IMG/VR virus record: IMGVR_UViG_3300037721_000031
Location: 96,001 to 160,000 of that record
Source: a virus
Lineage: Duplodnaviria > Caudoviricetes
Strand: one strand, 5' to 3'
Length of the DNA: 64,000 nt
Part shown: positions 20,083-29,553 of the stretch, piece by piece
Numbering within the stretch: the first letter of the stretch is position 1
Layout: each line of letters starts with the position of its first letter
Position numbers and translations under genes: made by a program
Notes under the pieces: generated by a model
Seen by the model: only the letters and a program-made list of their open reading frames with translations
Database searches by the model: none
What the model was told of the DNA's origin: nothing

Positions 20083-20595
20083 ATGACACATGTATTTATA
20101 GAGAAAATGAACCTTAATATAGTTAAGGAAGATCTATATATTGACGAGGTTCTTTTCAGTCCTTATACTTATCAGCAAGAACTTATAAAAATAATAGTAT
20201 CTCCAGACATCTGTATTAATGCTTTAAATGTAGCAGATACAGTAAGACACGCTGACAGGACTATCAAGATAGAGGGAATGGAGAAACTATCCAAAGTCCT
20301 CTATCGACTCTGTCGGCAGATTGCCGACAAAATGAGTCATGATGGTCCTGTCACGTGTCACCTTTTTTTATCTCGTTCTGGATCTGAGAGCTTTCCAGCC
20401 CATACAGATCCAGATAATGTTTTGATTTATATAGTTGATGGTGAGAAGACCATAGTGTTAGATAACGAAACAATTACTCTAACCACGGATCAAGCTTTAT
20501 TTATGCCGTATGGTACTAAGCATCAAGCTGTTAATCAAAAAGAATCAATCATGCTAAGTTTTGGCTTAGAACGGTTTATAGTGGAGAAACTCTAA
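20083..20595 (+). CDS. Cupin/JmjC-like Fe(II)/2-oxoglutarate oxygenase
   Basis: SFPAHTDPDNVLIYIVDGEK...ALFMPYGTKHQA gives the HxD...H facial triad and a JmjC-like Lys; GAGGA RBS. Confidence 0.7.
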   Translation: MTHVFIEKMNLNIVKEDLYIDEVLFSPYTYQQELIKIIVSPDICINALNVADTVRHADRTIKIEGMEKLSKVLYRLCRQIADKMSHDGPVTCHLFLSRSGSESFPAHTDPDNVLIYIVDGEKTIVLDNETITLTTDQALFMPYGTKHQAVNQKESIMLSFGLERFIVEKL

Positions 20596-20597
20596 TT

Positions 20598-21683
20598 ATG
20601 ATGCGCACCGTCTACGTCAAGACTACGGAATCATGTAATCTTGATTGCAAACATTGCTTTACTGGTGGTAATCGACCTCCTCGTACGTTTTTAGATTTAG
20701 CTAAGACTGAGGATTGGATATCTCGCTTTGCTAACTACATATCTCCTGAAGATGATGTGCATTTTGAGTTACATGGAGGAGAACCGTTTCTTGCTCCTGT
20801 AAGTACTCTGAAATCTATTGTAACTACAATACGAGCTACTGGTTTAAAACATATGTCTATTGGAGCTACTACTAATCTAGTATATAAACTCAAAGATGAT
20901 TTGTTAGATTTTATAGTTAATGATTTAGATGCAATTGGTACAAGCTGGGATGCAGGTATTCGTTTCGCTAATGAAAAGCAAGAAGAGTTATGGCGTAAGA
21001 ATCTTCAAACACTAACAGATAAGAACATAAAAGTTGTACTGAATATTAGTGTCTCTCGCGCTGTTGTCGAAATGGATTGCGAAAAATTAATTACATTTAT
21101 TAGAGATACTAAATGTTATAAAGTCTTATTTGACCGTATAACACTTAATGGCAACGCTAATAATCATTTAAAATTATTTCCATCTAATGCTGAAATAAAT
21201 GACTGGTATTTGCGCATGCATGAGGCAACTACTAGACTAGATGCTCGTAAATGGTTTCATAATTCCATGCTAGAAGATGTTTACGCCAAGTTCGAGAATT
21301 CATTCTCAGCATGCGGTACATTCTGCAGAGATTGTGAAGAACGAAATATCACTCTAAATGCAAATGGTTCTATTGGTGGTTGTCCAAATTCTGCTCCTGA
21401 AGAGTTCTTTGGTCACATCGATATGGATATTGCAGAAATGTTCGGTACATCTAAAAGAATAGATGTAATGGTGAAAGAGCGCACACGTAACGATCACTGT
21501 TATACTTGTCCTGTCTTCAGTTACTGTGGATCAGATTGTCATCGTTTGGCGTGGGATGGTGATGTATGTGCTTCACCGAGGCGGTTAATGATGCGGTTAG
21601 CAGGCGTAGATGACTCTCTAGAACAACGACCGGCGACTACCACTCGTGTGTATAAAAACATTATTCCAATCTTTTCATCTTAA
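20598..21683 (+). CDS. Radical SAM/SPASM protein 1
   Basis: CNLDCKHC (CxxxCxxC), HGGEPF, SPASM Cys: CRDC...GCP...CYTCPVFSYCGSDC...C. Confidence 0.9.
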   Translation: MMRTVYVKTTESCNLDCKHCFTGGNRPPRTFLDLAKTEDWISRFANYISPEDDVHFELHGGEPFLAPVSTLKSIVTTIRATGLKHMSIGATTNLVYKLKDDLLDFIVNDLDAIGTSWDAGIRFANEKQEELWRKNLQTLTDKNIKVVLNISVSRAVVEMDCEKLITFIRDTKCYKVLFDRITLNGNANNHLKLFPSNAEINDWYLRMHEATTRLDARKWFHNSMLEDVYAKFENSFSACGTFCRDCEERNITLNANGSIGGCPNSAPEEFFGHIDMDIAEMFGTSKRIDVMVKERTRNDHCYTCPVFSYCGSDCHRLAWDGDVCASPRRLMMRLAGVDDSLEQRPATTTRVYKNIIPIFSS

Positions 21684-21698
21684 ATTTGAGAATTAAAT

Positions 21699-22274
21699 AT
21701 GCCAGATATTCTTAAAAGTAATGTACAGACCGATGCATATTCGGCTATTGTTGATAACATAAATAGTGTTGCAACCGACTATGGTCCTGCACCTATTGGG
21801 TCAGAACGCGGTTTGTCGTATTGTAATACTGCGATGTTGGAGTATTACAGTTTTGATCCCTCTGAGGCATGGCTTGCTAGCTATTTAAGTGGAAGCATTA
21901 CCCGTAGTGGACTCGTTGCTAGAGTAGGTATACTAGGTGGTTGGTACGCCCGTACTACTTGGGCAATACACGGTTTGACTGGTACTACATCTAGTGGTGC
22001 TTGGGATGGTTTTACTGTTCCATTTAGTGAACTTGATATTTTCTTTGTAAAGCCAGAATATCATCAAAGTCATTATGATGCCACGATAGCGGCTATTGCA
22101 GCTGCCGATACATCTGAATTATTTAATGACATTACTAGAACTGCAGTCGTCTCTTACTTAGTTAGAATTAAAAATGTTGTGCTTAATAATGCCACAACTG
22201 GTGATGTTGTAGATCTAAGAGTATGTCATAGCTCGTGTCACTCTAACTGTCACGGTTCGCGTGGTCGTCGCTAA
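21699..22274 (+). CDS. Putative rSAM substrate protein with C-terminal (CHxx)3-RGRR motif
   Basis: C-terminus CHSSCHSNCHGSRGRR (22224-22271); lies between rSAM genes. Confidence 0.65.
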   Translation: MPDILKSNVQTDAYSAIVDNINSVATDYGPAPIGSERGLSYCNTAMLEYYSFDPSEAWLASYLSGSITRSGLVARVGILGGWYARTTWAIHGLTGTTSSGAWDGFTVPFSELDIFFVKPEYHQSHYDATIAAIAAADTSELFNDITRTAVVSYLVRIKNVVLNNATTGDVVDLRVCHSSCHSNCHGSRGRR

Positions 22275-22287
22275 AATAGGTAATAAC

Positions 22288-23355
22288 ATGAAAAATCTTA
22301 TTAACCGTGTTTACATTAAGCACGACAACAATATAACACCAAGTAGCTATCAGTCAAGAATAATTGTTACTGATCGTGAAATGAGATATCCTATTTCAGA
22401 AGAGAGAGAAGTGCTTGATAAGGTGTTTATTAAACACTATGTTAAGTCTCTTGATGAACTGGATACACTGTATGGCGATAGAGAAGGGTTTTGGTCGGCG
22501 ATGCTTCTCTCTACTGAGAAACTGCTGATTATTGCTTCTCCGGCATTTACAGCTGAATTACTAATCCAGTACTGGAAGTCTGTCTTTAAGGATCCGAGTA
22601 GGTCCTTTATTAAGCTAATGTACGATTTGTTTACAGCACAGGAAAATCTACTCGGTTGCCGTGAAAAAGAAAGACAAATATCTAAAGAAGATGTTAACGT
22701 TATTGACAGAAAGTGTGTACCTGTTAGTGATGATTTGTTTAATGCTTTATTTGATAAAGTAGAACATTCGCAGATTGTCTCCGAAGCTCCAGTGACCAAG
22801 TTACCTTTCGAATACCTGCTGATTGGTCACCTGACTAAATCTGGTGGAAAGGGTTTAAATACTGAGTTCTATCGGCGTGCATCAAGTATTGTGCTGTTAA
22901 ACATTGTAAGGGCTATTGTTAATGCTAAAGAAGATTTCTTTAGTGAGACACATAACTACTACTTACTCGATGACGAAACTAGTCTTGGTGAATTGCGTAC
23001 AAATCCGATAGGATATCTTTCTAAGCACAAACGTTTAGCTTGGGTAGTTGATGAAGAGTTTGTATACGGTAATGAGGATGTCATCCTCAAAAAGTATTCT
23101 TTAGATAAGCTTAAAGATATTTTTAAAGTTTATACCACACTCTTTAAGTTTGAATATGATGAAGAGAAAGCTCTTGATTTCATCATAGCCAAAGATTATG
23201 CTGGTATGATTAGATATGATATTGCTGATCAAAAGGGTAATTTCTTTGGCGCAGATAGTTTCACAGCCAAAATAAACGGATTACTTATATCTCACCTTTA
23301 CGAGCTAGTTCGTAATAGTAAGGCTCAAGAATTGGATTGCTTTTCATTGAAGTAA
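22288..23355 (+). CDS. Unknown rSAM-cluster partner protein A
   Basis: ORF track 22261..23355; ATG 22288 with AGGT upstream preferred. No recognisable motif. Confidence 0.6.
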   Translation: MKNLINRVYIKHDNNITPSSYQSRIIVTDREMRYPISEEREVLDKVFIKHYVKSLDELDTLYGDREGFWSAMLLSTEKLLIIASPAFTAELLIQYWKSVFKDPSRSFIKLMYDLFTAQENLLGCREKERQISKEDVNVIDRKCVPVSDDLFNALFDKVEHSQIVSEAPVTKLPFEYLLIGHLTKSGGKGLNTEFYRRASSIVLLNIVRAIVNAKEDFFSETHNYYLLDDETSLGELRTNPIGYLSKHKRLAWVVDEEFVYGNEDVILKKYSLDKLKDIFKVYTTLFKFEYDEEKALDFIIAKDYAGMIRYDIADQKGNFFGADSFTAKINGLLISHLYELVRNSKAQELDCFSLK

Positions 23356-23357
23356 CT

Positions 23358-24455
23358 ATGTTCGACAAAAGTAACGTTGTGATTTTTGTAAGAGTTGTGC
23401 AAGGTTGTAATCTTAACTGCACACACTGCTTCACTCTTGGGAACCAAGATAAGGTATTGACAACACCTTTCGAATATATCGATCAGTTTCTTACATCAAT
23501 TAAGAAAAATGTCGATCCACGTCGAGGTGTTGTCTATTTACATGGTGGCGAGACATTCTTAGCTAAGTTATCATATCTTCGCAAAGTAACACAAAGAGCA
23601 CGAGAATTGTTCTCAGAAAAAGACTTTAAGATTATTCCACAGACTAACCTTGTTTATAAGCTTACTGATGACTTTCTAGATTTTATCCGCACAGAGTGTA
23701 ACGGGCATATTGGCGTATCTTGGGATGCCAAGATACGCTTTGGGTCAATTAAGACGGAACATCAAGAACGTCAAGAAGCAATGTATTTTCGTAATTTAAA
23801 AACATTACTAGATAATGGCTTTAAAGTGCATATTACAATTACAGCACAAAGACACTTACTAAACGTTAATCCATTGAACATAGCTAAGATGTTTGCAGGA
23901 GTAGCTTCAATAGACTTTGAACATCTAACAACATTCGATGAGAAGACTAGGGATTTACGTGTTAACTTACTGAAGTGGTCTAATTGGTTAGATAAGCTAG
24001 TTGATTATTATCAGCATAATGACGTAAGCTGGTGCCTGCCTCAGGTTGATCTTTTTACAAAGTCTATTGAGGATGGAGAAATTTATGCTTGTAAATGTAA
24101 CTGCTGTGATAGAAAAACGTTTACTCTAAATCCAAACGGCACTACTGGGTTTTGTCCGGACAATTCTTACATCTCACCTATATCTCATGTAAAAGAGATG
24201 ACTGAATCTTGGTCTACGTATGAAGAGAAAGCTCATAACGCTCACATTGAGCGATTAGCTACTTTGAGTACAGAGAACTGCTATACTTGTGAACATTATG
24301 CTGAGTGTGGCGGTAACTGTGAAGATACTTTCTTTGATGATTCTGGTGAATGTCCATTATCTAAGAAGGTGATCTCACGTATCAAGGAAAACAAGGTAAC
24401 ATTCATTAAATTACTTAATGAGCGTTCGAGTAAGAATTTAGCCGAAATGCAATAA
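23358..24455 (+). CDS. Radical SAM/SPASM protein 2
   Basis: CNLNCTHC, HGGETF, CKCNCC...GFCP...CYTCEHYAECGGNC...C. ATG 23358 preferred over 23337. Confidence 0.9.
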   Translation: MFDKSNVVIFVRVVQGCNLNCTHCFTLGNQDKVLTTPFEYIDQFLTSIKKNVDPRRGVVYLHGGETFLAKLSYLRKVTQRARELFSEKDFKIIPQTNLVYKLTDDFLDFIRTECNGHIGVSWDAKIRFGSIKTEHQERQEAMYFRNLKTLLDNGFKVHITITAQRHLLNVNPLNIAKMFAGVASIDFEHLTTFDEKTRDLRVNLLKWSNWLDKLVDYYQHNDVSWCLPQVDLFTKSIEDGEIYACKCNCCDRKTFTLNPNGTTGFCPDNSYISPISHVKEMTESWSTYEEKAHNAHIERLATLSTENCYTCEHYAECGGNCEDTFFDDSGECPLSKKVISRIKENKVTFIKLLNERSSKNLAEMQ

Positions 24456-24467
24456 AAGGAATCTGAC

Positions 24468-25307
24468 GTGTCTGACGAAACAACTCAACAACCAGCTAGC
24501 GACGTACCTGTAGTTCCAGAATACCGTGAGGTAACTGCACCTATTGGTACTGAATTTATTAGAGAATTCTTTAAGAATAAGAATATTACATTCCTAGTAA
24601 ATCACTCTCAGTCTAGGTTAAAGGGAGCAGTGTTCCTTACGTACTTGGCTAACTTAGCAGTGCCATCAGATATTAGGTTTGACCAACCCTTATCTGAAGA
24701 CGAGTATGTAACTATCATGAGTGCATACCTGGTACAGCGCACGATTAGTAAAGCTAAGACGTTACAGCTGATGATGGCGCAGGTAATTCTCTGGGCTAAA
24801 GGATTGAGCTTCGACAAGATTCCGTATAAGACTGGTGTACCAGAGAGCCACGTCTTAGCATTTGCTAAGAAGAACGGTCCAACTATCATGAGGTGGTTGC
24901 ACTTTGTTGACTCATCTCATGTCTTCGCAATGTCATCTATCGAAGCACTGAAAAAGGAACATGATCCTTTACAGCATGGCGTTAGCGTCATTGATGATAA
25001 AGAGTATATTGGTCATAACGCAGTATTACTCTACGATGTACCGCTCTTTACAGAGTTCTACTTCTCTATTCCTAATGCAGGTTATCGTTCTTCGTATTTT
25101 GTACGACAGTATGAGGACTACATGTTCGGTAATGAGAAGTTCGCAAAGTTCTTTGCTGTAAAGAATAACTTTTTAGCAAACATATACGAAGGTGTAGCCT
25201 CAGGCTATATTGATCTGAATAAGCCAGAAGAGTGTATGCTACTTGAAGGAAATAATGATGTCGGAAGTATCGCAACTGACAGTACCGAAACACCTCAAAA
25301 CGGATAA
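24468..25307 (+). CDS. Unknown rSAM-cluster partner protein B
   Basis: 279-aa ORF, GTG start with AAGGA RBS; overlaps the next rSAM gene. Confidence 0.6.
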   Translation: MSDETTQQPASDVPVVPEYREVTAPIGTEFIREFFKNKNITFLVNHSQSRLKGAVFLTYLANLAVPSDIRFDQPLSEDEYVTIMSAYLVQRTISKAKTLQLMMAQVILWAKGLSFDKIPYKTGVPESHVLAFAKKNGPTIMRWLHFVDSSHVFAMSSIEALKKEHDPLQHGVSVIDDKEYIGHNAVLLYDVPLFTEFYFSIPNAGYRSSYFVRQYEDYMFGNEKFAKFFAVKNNFLANIYEGVASGYIDLNKPEECMLLEGNNDVGSIATDSTETPQNG

Positions 25308-26394
25308 CTTCCTGACTTCTGTAGAGCGCGAAAGCGCCACTGGTTATCATCTCAGCTTAAACCTGGAATTACTACGCGGATGCCAGTTTAGCTGTAAGGG
25401 TTGTTTCGTAGATAAGTATGGTTCAGATCCAATGACTGACGAGCGAGGTGCGCAGCTTCTATCTTGGGTTACCAGTGCGCAAGAAGATGGTGGTTATCTA
25501 CCTACGGTAATATTTATCGGACCTACTGACTTCTTATCCTCTGGGAATACCATCGACGTACTGCGAGATCCACGTATTCAGCAAGTTGTCAGACGTTTTA
25601 AAAGACTATCTCTACAAACTACTTGTTTAGATATCAGTACAGCTCCAGAGATTGCTAAAGTGTTACGTGAACACTACAGTCATATGGAACTCGAGGTTAA
25701 CTTCTTAATGGAGCCAGAGCATGTTCTAACAGAGAAGTACCTTCGTACTGTTAAAGAGAATAGAGACAGTCTGTATGAGATAATTGACTGGCACATTCCC
25801 GTAAAAAGCTTCTGTATTATGAACGTCTATGAATACGAGAATGCAAAGAAAGATGACGTCATTAAGCTATTAAATGACTACAAAGAAATGCATTTGCGTA
25901 TCAAGGATATGTTTGATACTACAATTGACTTTAACTTCTCGATGTCAAGAAAACACAATCAAAACAAGTCATCCGAAGTTAAAGAAGCAATCATCAGAGT
26001 AACTAAGATGTTTGATAAAAGTGTTAATCACGATACATCTCAGTTTATTCGTTTCTCGTTTGGAAAATTAACTGATAGTCTGATCGAGAAACATTTTAAC
26101 TTTCTTAATGGTAAGTTTTACGTGTCACCATTACTTTACGATCGTTATGTAGCTTTTGTGCCAGAGTTGCAAATACCGTTTGTAAACTTTACTGTAGCTG
26201 AGTCTGAAGCATTTGAAGAACAGCTACAGCTAGAGCAATATCAGAATGCCGGCCAAAAAGACGAATGTGGTAGTTGTCGTTATCTTGGGTCGTGTACGGA
26301 TAGAAATATTCTTAAAGTTATGGATATCTATTCTATCAAGCACTGCATCATAGCGCGAGACGCCTTGGACAGTATTAACGTACGGCCAAATTAA
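25255..26394 (+). CDS. Radical SAM protein 3 (GPTD subtype)
   Basis: GCQFSCKGC; IGPTDFLS in place of GGEP; C-terminal CGSCRYLGSC...HC. ATG 25255 or 25258 after GAAGGA. Confidence 0.8.
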   Translation: MMSEVSQLTVPKHLKTDNFLTSVERESATGYHLSLNLELLRGCQFSCKGCFVDKYGSDPMTDERGAQLLSWVTSAQEDGGYLPTVIFIGPTDFLSSGNTIDVLRDPRIQQVVRRFKRLSLQTTCLDISTAPEIAKVLREHYSHMELEVNFLMEPEHVLTEKYLRTVKENRDSLYEIIDWHIPVKSFCIMNVYEYENAKKDDVIKLLNDYKEMHLRIKDMFDTTIDFNFSMSRKHNQNKSSEVKEAIIRVTKMFDKSVNHDTSQFIRFSFGKLTDSLIEKHFNFLNGKFYVSPLLYDRYVAFVPELQIPFVNFTVAESEAFEEQLQLEQYQNAGQKDECGSCRYLGSCTDRNILKVMDIYSIKHCIIARDALDSINVRPN

Positions 26395-26404
26395 CCTAGT
26401 AACA

Positions 26405-26444
26405 GCATAAGAGAGACTAGAGCGTACGCTCTAGTCTCTTGTGC
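26405..26444 (+). terminator. Hairpin inside the rSAM operon (terminator or processing/stabilising stem)
   Basis: 13-bp stem AGAGACTAGAGCG/CGCTCTAGTCTCT between rSAM3 and rSAM4. Confidence 0.55.
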
Positions 26445-26469
26445 CATAATTTAATAAAAGGTACTTGAC

Positions 26470-27531
26470 ATGCAAAATGCTGAAGAACAGTTACTTAAAC
26501 AGTTACTCGCTTCCAAAGTACAAGATTCCTCAGAAATAGAACACCATTTATTCGAATTGTGCAATCTTAATTGCTCCTTCTGCGGACAGGATCATGATTC
26601 GAAAGAAGGTATTGATACAATCTTAGAGAAAGCTCATCAGACTGTGGAGTTCATGCGTAACTCTCCATTGAAGAGCCATACAGTCAATGTGATGGGTGGC
26701 GAGATCTTTAATGATTTGGTACCAGATTCTGTATTTGATGACTATTATGCTTTTTATAAAGTTATTAATGACTATGCAGTTTCAAACGACCTTACAGTTA
26801 GAATTAACTTTGTAACCAATTTAATATTTTCTAAGAATACTTCTAGTGTTCAGAAATTACTTGAGATATGTGGTGACAATGTTTGGATTTCTACGTCTTA
26901 CGACTTTGCTGGTAGGGGGCTTGATATAAATCGCATGATGATGTTCAAACGTAATCTAGAGATCTTTAAGCCTCGTATCGGAGTAGTTGGTTTTGTACTG
27001 GCTAAGCCATCTATTCGTAAGTTGATTGCTGATAAAGATAAGTTCTTTAAAGAAGTTCTATACGCTAACTACCCGTTGTACTTTGATTGGTATGTACCTG
27101 AAAATAGTGCAGATAAGATGATGCCTTCAGAGCAAGAGATGCTTGACGGTCTTCTATTCGTTGCTGATCGTTATCCTAAGATAGAGCCAGTTAGAAGCAT
27201 GTTAGAAAATGAAGAAAATAAGATGACATGCTTTTCACTTAATAAGACAACTATCTTACCAGATGGTCGTGAAGTTAAGTGTAGGTATATGGAGTATGAA
27301 GCTGAACAGTTTGAGACTCCAATCGATTATTCTACTAATAGTGGAATCATCAATGCGCATCTCGAACGTAATGAATGTTTTAGTTGCGAGTGGTATAAAA
27401 GGTGTCCATTAGTATGCTTCGTACAATCAGACTGGACAAAAAGAGAAAGACTACCTGTCTGTTTTATGAAAACATTCTTTAACACAGCAGTCGGAAAAAA
27501 TAATGCCACCAACGATACAGATGAAAGATAA
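26470..27531 (+). CDS. Radical SAM/SPASM protein 4
   Basis: CNLNCSFC, MGGEIF, C-terminal CFSCEWYKRCPLVC...C. Confidence 0.88.
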   Translation: MQNAEEQLLKQLLASKVQDSSEIEHHLFELCNLNCSFCGQDHDSKEGIDTILEKAHQTVEFMRNSPLKSHTVNVMGGEIFNDLVPDSVFDDYYAFYKVINDYAVSNDLTVRINFVTNLIFSKNTSSVQKLLEICGDNVWISTSYDFAGRGLDINRMMMFKRNLEIFKPRIGVVGFVLAKPSIRKLIADKDKFFKEVLYANYPLYFDWYVPENSADKMMPSEQEMLDGLLFVADRYPKIEPVRSMLENEENKMTCFSLNKTTILPDGREVKCRYMEYEAEQFETPIDYSTNSGIINAHLERNECFSCEWYKRCPLVCFVQSDWTKRERLPVCFMKTFFNTAVGKNNATNDTDER

Positions 27532-28270
27532 AAGATTCGGTAGATTAACAGTTATTGATAATGGTACAAGGTTACCTAACCGTACTCGTGTTTATGAGTG
27601 TCTATGTGAGTGCGGAGTTGTTAAAAAAGTAGACGGTGGTAATCTGAGGCATGGAGTAATAAAAAGTTGCGGATGCTTACGTCGTGAGATTGTTAGTCAA
27701 AGCAATAACAATCTCACTCACGGGATGCGCTATACACCGGAATATCAAGCTTGGATTAACATGCGTAGACGATGTGATGCGGGTCCAGATACGAGGGAGT
27801 ATGCGTATTACGGTGCTAAAGGGATTACTGTTTGCGAAAGATGGCTGAACAGCTTCGAAGCTTTTTATGAAGATATGGGTCCTAGACCATCGCCAGACCA
27901 TTCTATCGATAGAAGAGAAAATGATAAAGGCTACTACAAAAATAATTGTAGATGGGCTACCTGGGAAGAGCAGCAGAATAACAGAAGTAATAATTCAGTT
28001 AATACTGTTGATGGAGTTGTATATTCCTCTATTGCAAAGCTGGCTCGTGAAAAAAATATATCAGAAGCTACTGTAAAAGCAAGAATCTATAAACAAAATA
28101 TGTCTGTAGAAGAAGCTGTTTCTAAAGGAACAAATCGCTATTCACTTATGGTAAACGGTGAAAGTAAATCTGTTAATGAGTTAAGTGAAATAACAAATAA
28201 AACATCTGCTACAATTCGATATCATCTTAGAAGAGGTAGGACTGTAGAAGACATACTTAAAGATAGGTAG
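27503..28270 (+). mobile_element. Free-standing HNH homing endonuclease gene
   Basis: FGRLTVI...YECLCECG...KSCGC...HGM..TPEY.AW.NMRRRC...YG.KGITVC.RW..FEAFY.DMG.RP....SIDR..ND.GY...NCRWAT..EQ.NN, plus C-terminal HTH-like repeats; overlaps the rSAM4 3' end by 29 nt. Confidence 0.85.
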
Positions 28271-28387
28271 CTTAGATGTTTCGTGAATGCAGATTGGACA
28301 AAGCTAGAGAGACTACCAACTTGCTTTTTAAAGACATTTTTTAATGAAACAGTTGGAAAGAAGAATCATGTTCAGACGACTACTTGA
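28271..28387 (+). pseudogene. Displaced original 3' end of rSAM4
   Basis: Translates LRCFVNADWTKLERLPTCFLKTFFNETVGKKNHVQTTT*, 23/32 aa identical to the rSAM4 C-terminus encoded from 27409. No start codon. Confidence 0.85.
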
Positions 28388-28526
28388 TGTGTTTATGAAA
28401 GTTACCGGTAATAGTCAATATGGCTGGTGGGCTAAGTATTTATGGGAGGATAAATATGTTTGGTCAGCCACTAAAGAGGCAGCTATACTTGGCTGTCGTC
28501 AAAGAGCAATGGAGAGTAAGAAATGA
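28368..28526 (+). CDS. Small hypothetical protein
   Basis: ORF track 28344..28526; in-frame ATG 28368 after GGAAAG preferred; ATGA-type overlap with the next gene. Confidence 0.45.
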   Translation: MFRRLLDVFMKVTGNSQYGWWAKYLWEDKYVWSATKEAAILGCRQRAMESKK

Positions 28527-28849
28527 TTAAAACATTTACTCTGTTCTTTATAACTGCTTACTTTGAGATTCTTGGCTGTTACTCAGTATTGCAATATGTC
28601 AAAACATTTCGGCAAAGTGGCTCCTCTGCCATAGCTCTTATTACTGCAATTATATCTCTCAGTATATTTGCGTGGCTACTTACATTACACCCAACAGAAT
28701 CTGGGAGAGTGTATGCTGCTTATGGCGGCGTATATGTACTTACATCTCTTTTATGGTTGTGGCTTATTGATGGAGTTCATCCGACTGTATCGGATATCTC
28801 AGGAGTAGTGTTAATATTACTAGGCTCACTATTGATAATGAAGCAATAA
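28523..28849 (+). CDS. ynfA: YnfA/UPF0060 family small membrane protein (SMR-like)
   Basis: AYFEILGCY...FAWLLTLHPTESGRVYAAYGGVYVLTSLLWLWLIDG..PT..DISG; four TM helices, 108 aa. Confidence 0.85.
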   Translation: MIKTFTLFFITAYFEILGCYSVLQYVKTFRQSGSSAIALITAIISLSIFAWLLTLHPTESGRVYAAYGGVYVLTSLLWLWLIDGVHPTVSDISGVVLILLGSLLIMKQ

Positions 28850-28867
28850 CCTCTCTGGAGAACTATC

Positions 28868-29113
28868 TTGACTTTTGAAGAACTGTTAGAATTGCGTAGA
28901 ACACAAGGTCCAGAAGCTGCAAATGAAGTTTTAAAGACAATGTCTCTAGAACAGATGAGGGACATTACCATTGAAGCTAATAAACAAATTATAAATTTGG
29001 CTAACTTATTTGTTGCGACTTATATGGATTATGCTGTTGAAGCGAACCTACCATCTGCACAAAAAGCAAAACAAGATGTAGATTTTCTCATTAAAAAGGT
29101 AAATGGGAAATGA
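28868..29113 (+). CDS. Hypothetical protein
   Basis: 81-aa ORF, GGAG RBS, ATGA overlap with the NUDIX gene. Confidence 0.5.
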   Translation: MTFEELLELRRTQGPEAANEVLKTMSLEQMRDITIEANKQIINLANLFVATYMDYAVEANLPSAQKAKQDVDFLIKKVNGK

Positions 29114-29553
29114 AGTACGTCGTAGGTCTTTTATTCAGTAAGAAATTGGATCAAGTTCTACTTTTAAAAAAGGTAAAAGGTCCAGAAGGCGTTGTAGGTA
29201 AGTGGAACGGTCATGGTGGTAAAATTGAGCCAACGGAATATGCACTAGATGCTATTGTAAGAGAAACAATTGAAGAGACTGGATTAGTTATACCTGCAAA
29301 AGACTGGTTACTATTTCATCACTTTATTCGAGCCGATGGTAATGAAGTTTATTTCTATACATCTACTATACCAGATAGTCAAACGTACAGTCAGATAGAA
29401 GAAGAAACTATTGAACTAAAATATGTTAATGATGTCATACTGTCTTTTCTTGGAGACGGTAGTTTAAACAATCCACATGTTTATAACTTGTCATACCTTA
29501 TTCCGATGGCGTTGTCTTATTGTAAGTTTCCACAGTTTCGTTACGCTGAGTAA
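29110..29553 (+). CDS. NUDIX hydrolase (MutT-like)
   Basis: Exact Nudix box G-KIEPT-E-YALDAIV-RETIEETGL. Confidence 0.88.
   Translation: MKYVVGLLFSKKLDQVLLLKKVKGPEGVVGKWNGHGGKIEPTEYALDAIVRETIEETGLVIPAKDWLLFHHFIRADGNEVYFYTSTIPDSQTYSQIEEETIELKYVNDVILSFLGDGSLNNPHVYNLSYLIPMALSYCKFPQFRYAE

Noticed and set aside
22224-22271. Assignment to the known His-Xaa-Ser (HxsA) family
   Set aside because: Only two of the three units are H-x-S, each is preceded by Cys, and no HxsD-like gene was recognised. Related in style but not supportable as the same family.
27409-28387. Group I intron carrying the HNH gene inside rSAM4
   Set aside because: rSAM4 is complete upstream, the HNH ORF fills the whole interval, and there is no room or recognisable P7/R/S core for a ribozyme. 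A 3'-end replacement explains it better.
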